NCBI GenBank assembly: GCA_028282585.1
Contig: JANQHR010000158.1
Coordinates: 1 to 30,808, forward strand
Length of the DNA stretch: 30,808 bases
Reading direction: 5' to 3'
DNA from: Bacteroidales bacterium
GTDB taxonomy: Bacteria > Bacteroidota > Bacteroidia > Bacteroidales > UBA12077
Within the stretch, counting starts at the first letter, position 1, and every line of letters starts with the position of its first letter. The position numbers and the translations under genes were made by a program. Below the pieces are notes generated by a model. The model was not told the DNA's origin. It saw nothing but the letters and a program-made list of their open reading frames with translations, and searched no databases. Shown here piece by piece: positions 30,092 through 30,808 of this stretch.

Positions 30092-30248
30092 CTAGGATTT
30101 CCATTGAGGCACATTGACAATCGTAATAGGACACGATGATTTTCTGTTGCGAGAGGCTTCTTTTGCCATGCGGCAAGATGTTTTTCTATTGAGGCTCATT
30201 TCTGATCTATTAAGTTACAATACTCAACCATAAAGGCAAACTACTTTT

Positions 30249-30808
30249 GCGCTTTGCCCTATTGAAATTACATCAAACCACAACTCCATGACCATGACCC
30301 GCTCCATCTTCGTGTTTCTTATCATCTTGAAATTACATCAAACCACAACGAATTAACATTAGTTAATATTTGATCCAAGGTTTCTTATCATCTTGAAATT
30401 ACATCAAACCACAACTCTTGGATGATTAGTTCAATACAAATATCCGTTTCTTATCATCTTGAAATTACATCAAACCACAACGTTCACTGTCTGCAGGTAA
30501 AGCTTCTATAAGTTTCTTATCATCTTGAAATTACATCAAACCACAACAAGTTGCTATACTGGGTTTATCAATATTTAGTTTCTTATCATCTTGAAATTAC
30601 ATCAAACCACAACTGTATTTGCTGGGCTAAAATTCATAGAACTGTTTCTTATCATCTTGAAATTACATCAAACCACAACATGTGCCTGTGATTTAAATGG
30701 TAAAGTAGAGTTTCTTATCATCTTGAAATTACATCAAACCACAACCTCGCTCATGCCAGGCGGAAATCTCGAAATGTTTCTTATCATCTTGAAATTACAT
30801 CAAACCAC
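30249..30808 (-). CRISPR. CRISPR array, 36-bp repeat, type II-like, truncated by the window end
   Basis: Plus-strand repeat GTTTCTTATCATCTTGAAATTACATCAAACCACAAC is exact at 30314, 30380, 30446, 30512, 30578, 30644 and 30710 and cut off at 30776. The degenerate terminal copy keeps only 30262..30284. Eight distinct spacers (one 29 bp, seven 30 bp). Strand inferred from the degenerate end being the trailer. Confidence 0.98.

Noticed and set aside
30285-30775. Self-targeting spacers within the window
   Set aside because: By eye I found only a ~10-nt match (gaattaacat at 7791), and spacer 1 does not match the znuA His loop. The search was not exhaustive.

Overview
AT-rich chromosomal segment from a Bacteroidota bacterium, inferred from TAnnTTTG promoters and gene families. 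Most of it is housekeeping and envelope genes: tRNA-Ser(GCT), clpS-nfeD-floA-FKBP/TPR, a TPR/PD40/SPOR-like protein, bcp-recA-S9 peptidase, miaA, smpB, a beta-barrel/TSP3/EF-hand gene paired with a tandem-domain/SPOR-like gene, LOG, uvrA, a lytic transglycosylase, an ECF sigma with a trans-envelope anti-sigma, lpdA, a ZnuABC-type transporter, a LytS/LytTR pair and a DUF5916-like outer-membrane protein. The window ends inside a CRISPR array (36-bp repeat, 29-30-bp spacers, type II-like) with no cas gene visible. Signals the ORF track misses: (1) an internally deleted, frameshifted REP-associated tyrosine transposase relic with degenerate REP-like flanks between miaA and smpB; (2) a duplicated tRNA 5' end carrying an 18-nt palindrome insertion; (3) two back-to-back CGCAACC-N16-CRTCTAA ECF promoters; (4) a tracrRNA-like anti-repeat candidate beside the CRISPR trailer; (5) a possible cohesin/dockerin-like outer-membrane-to-peptidoglycan two-gene module. 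All family assignments come from motif recognition by eye; no database searches were run.
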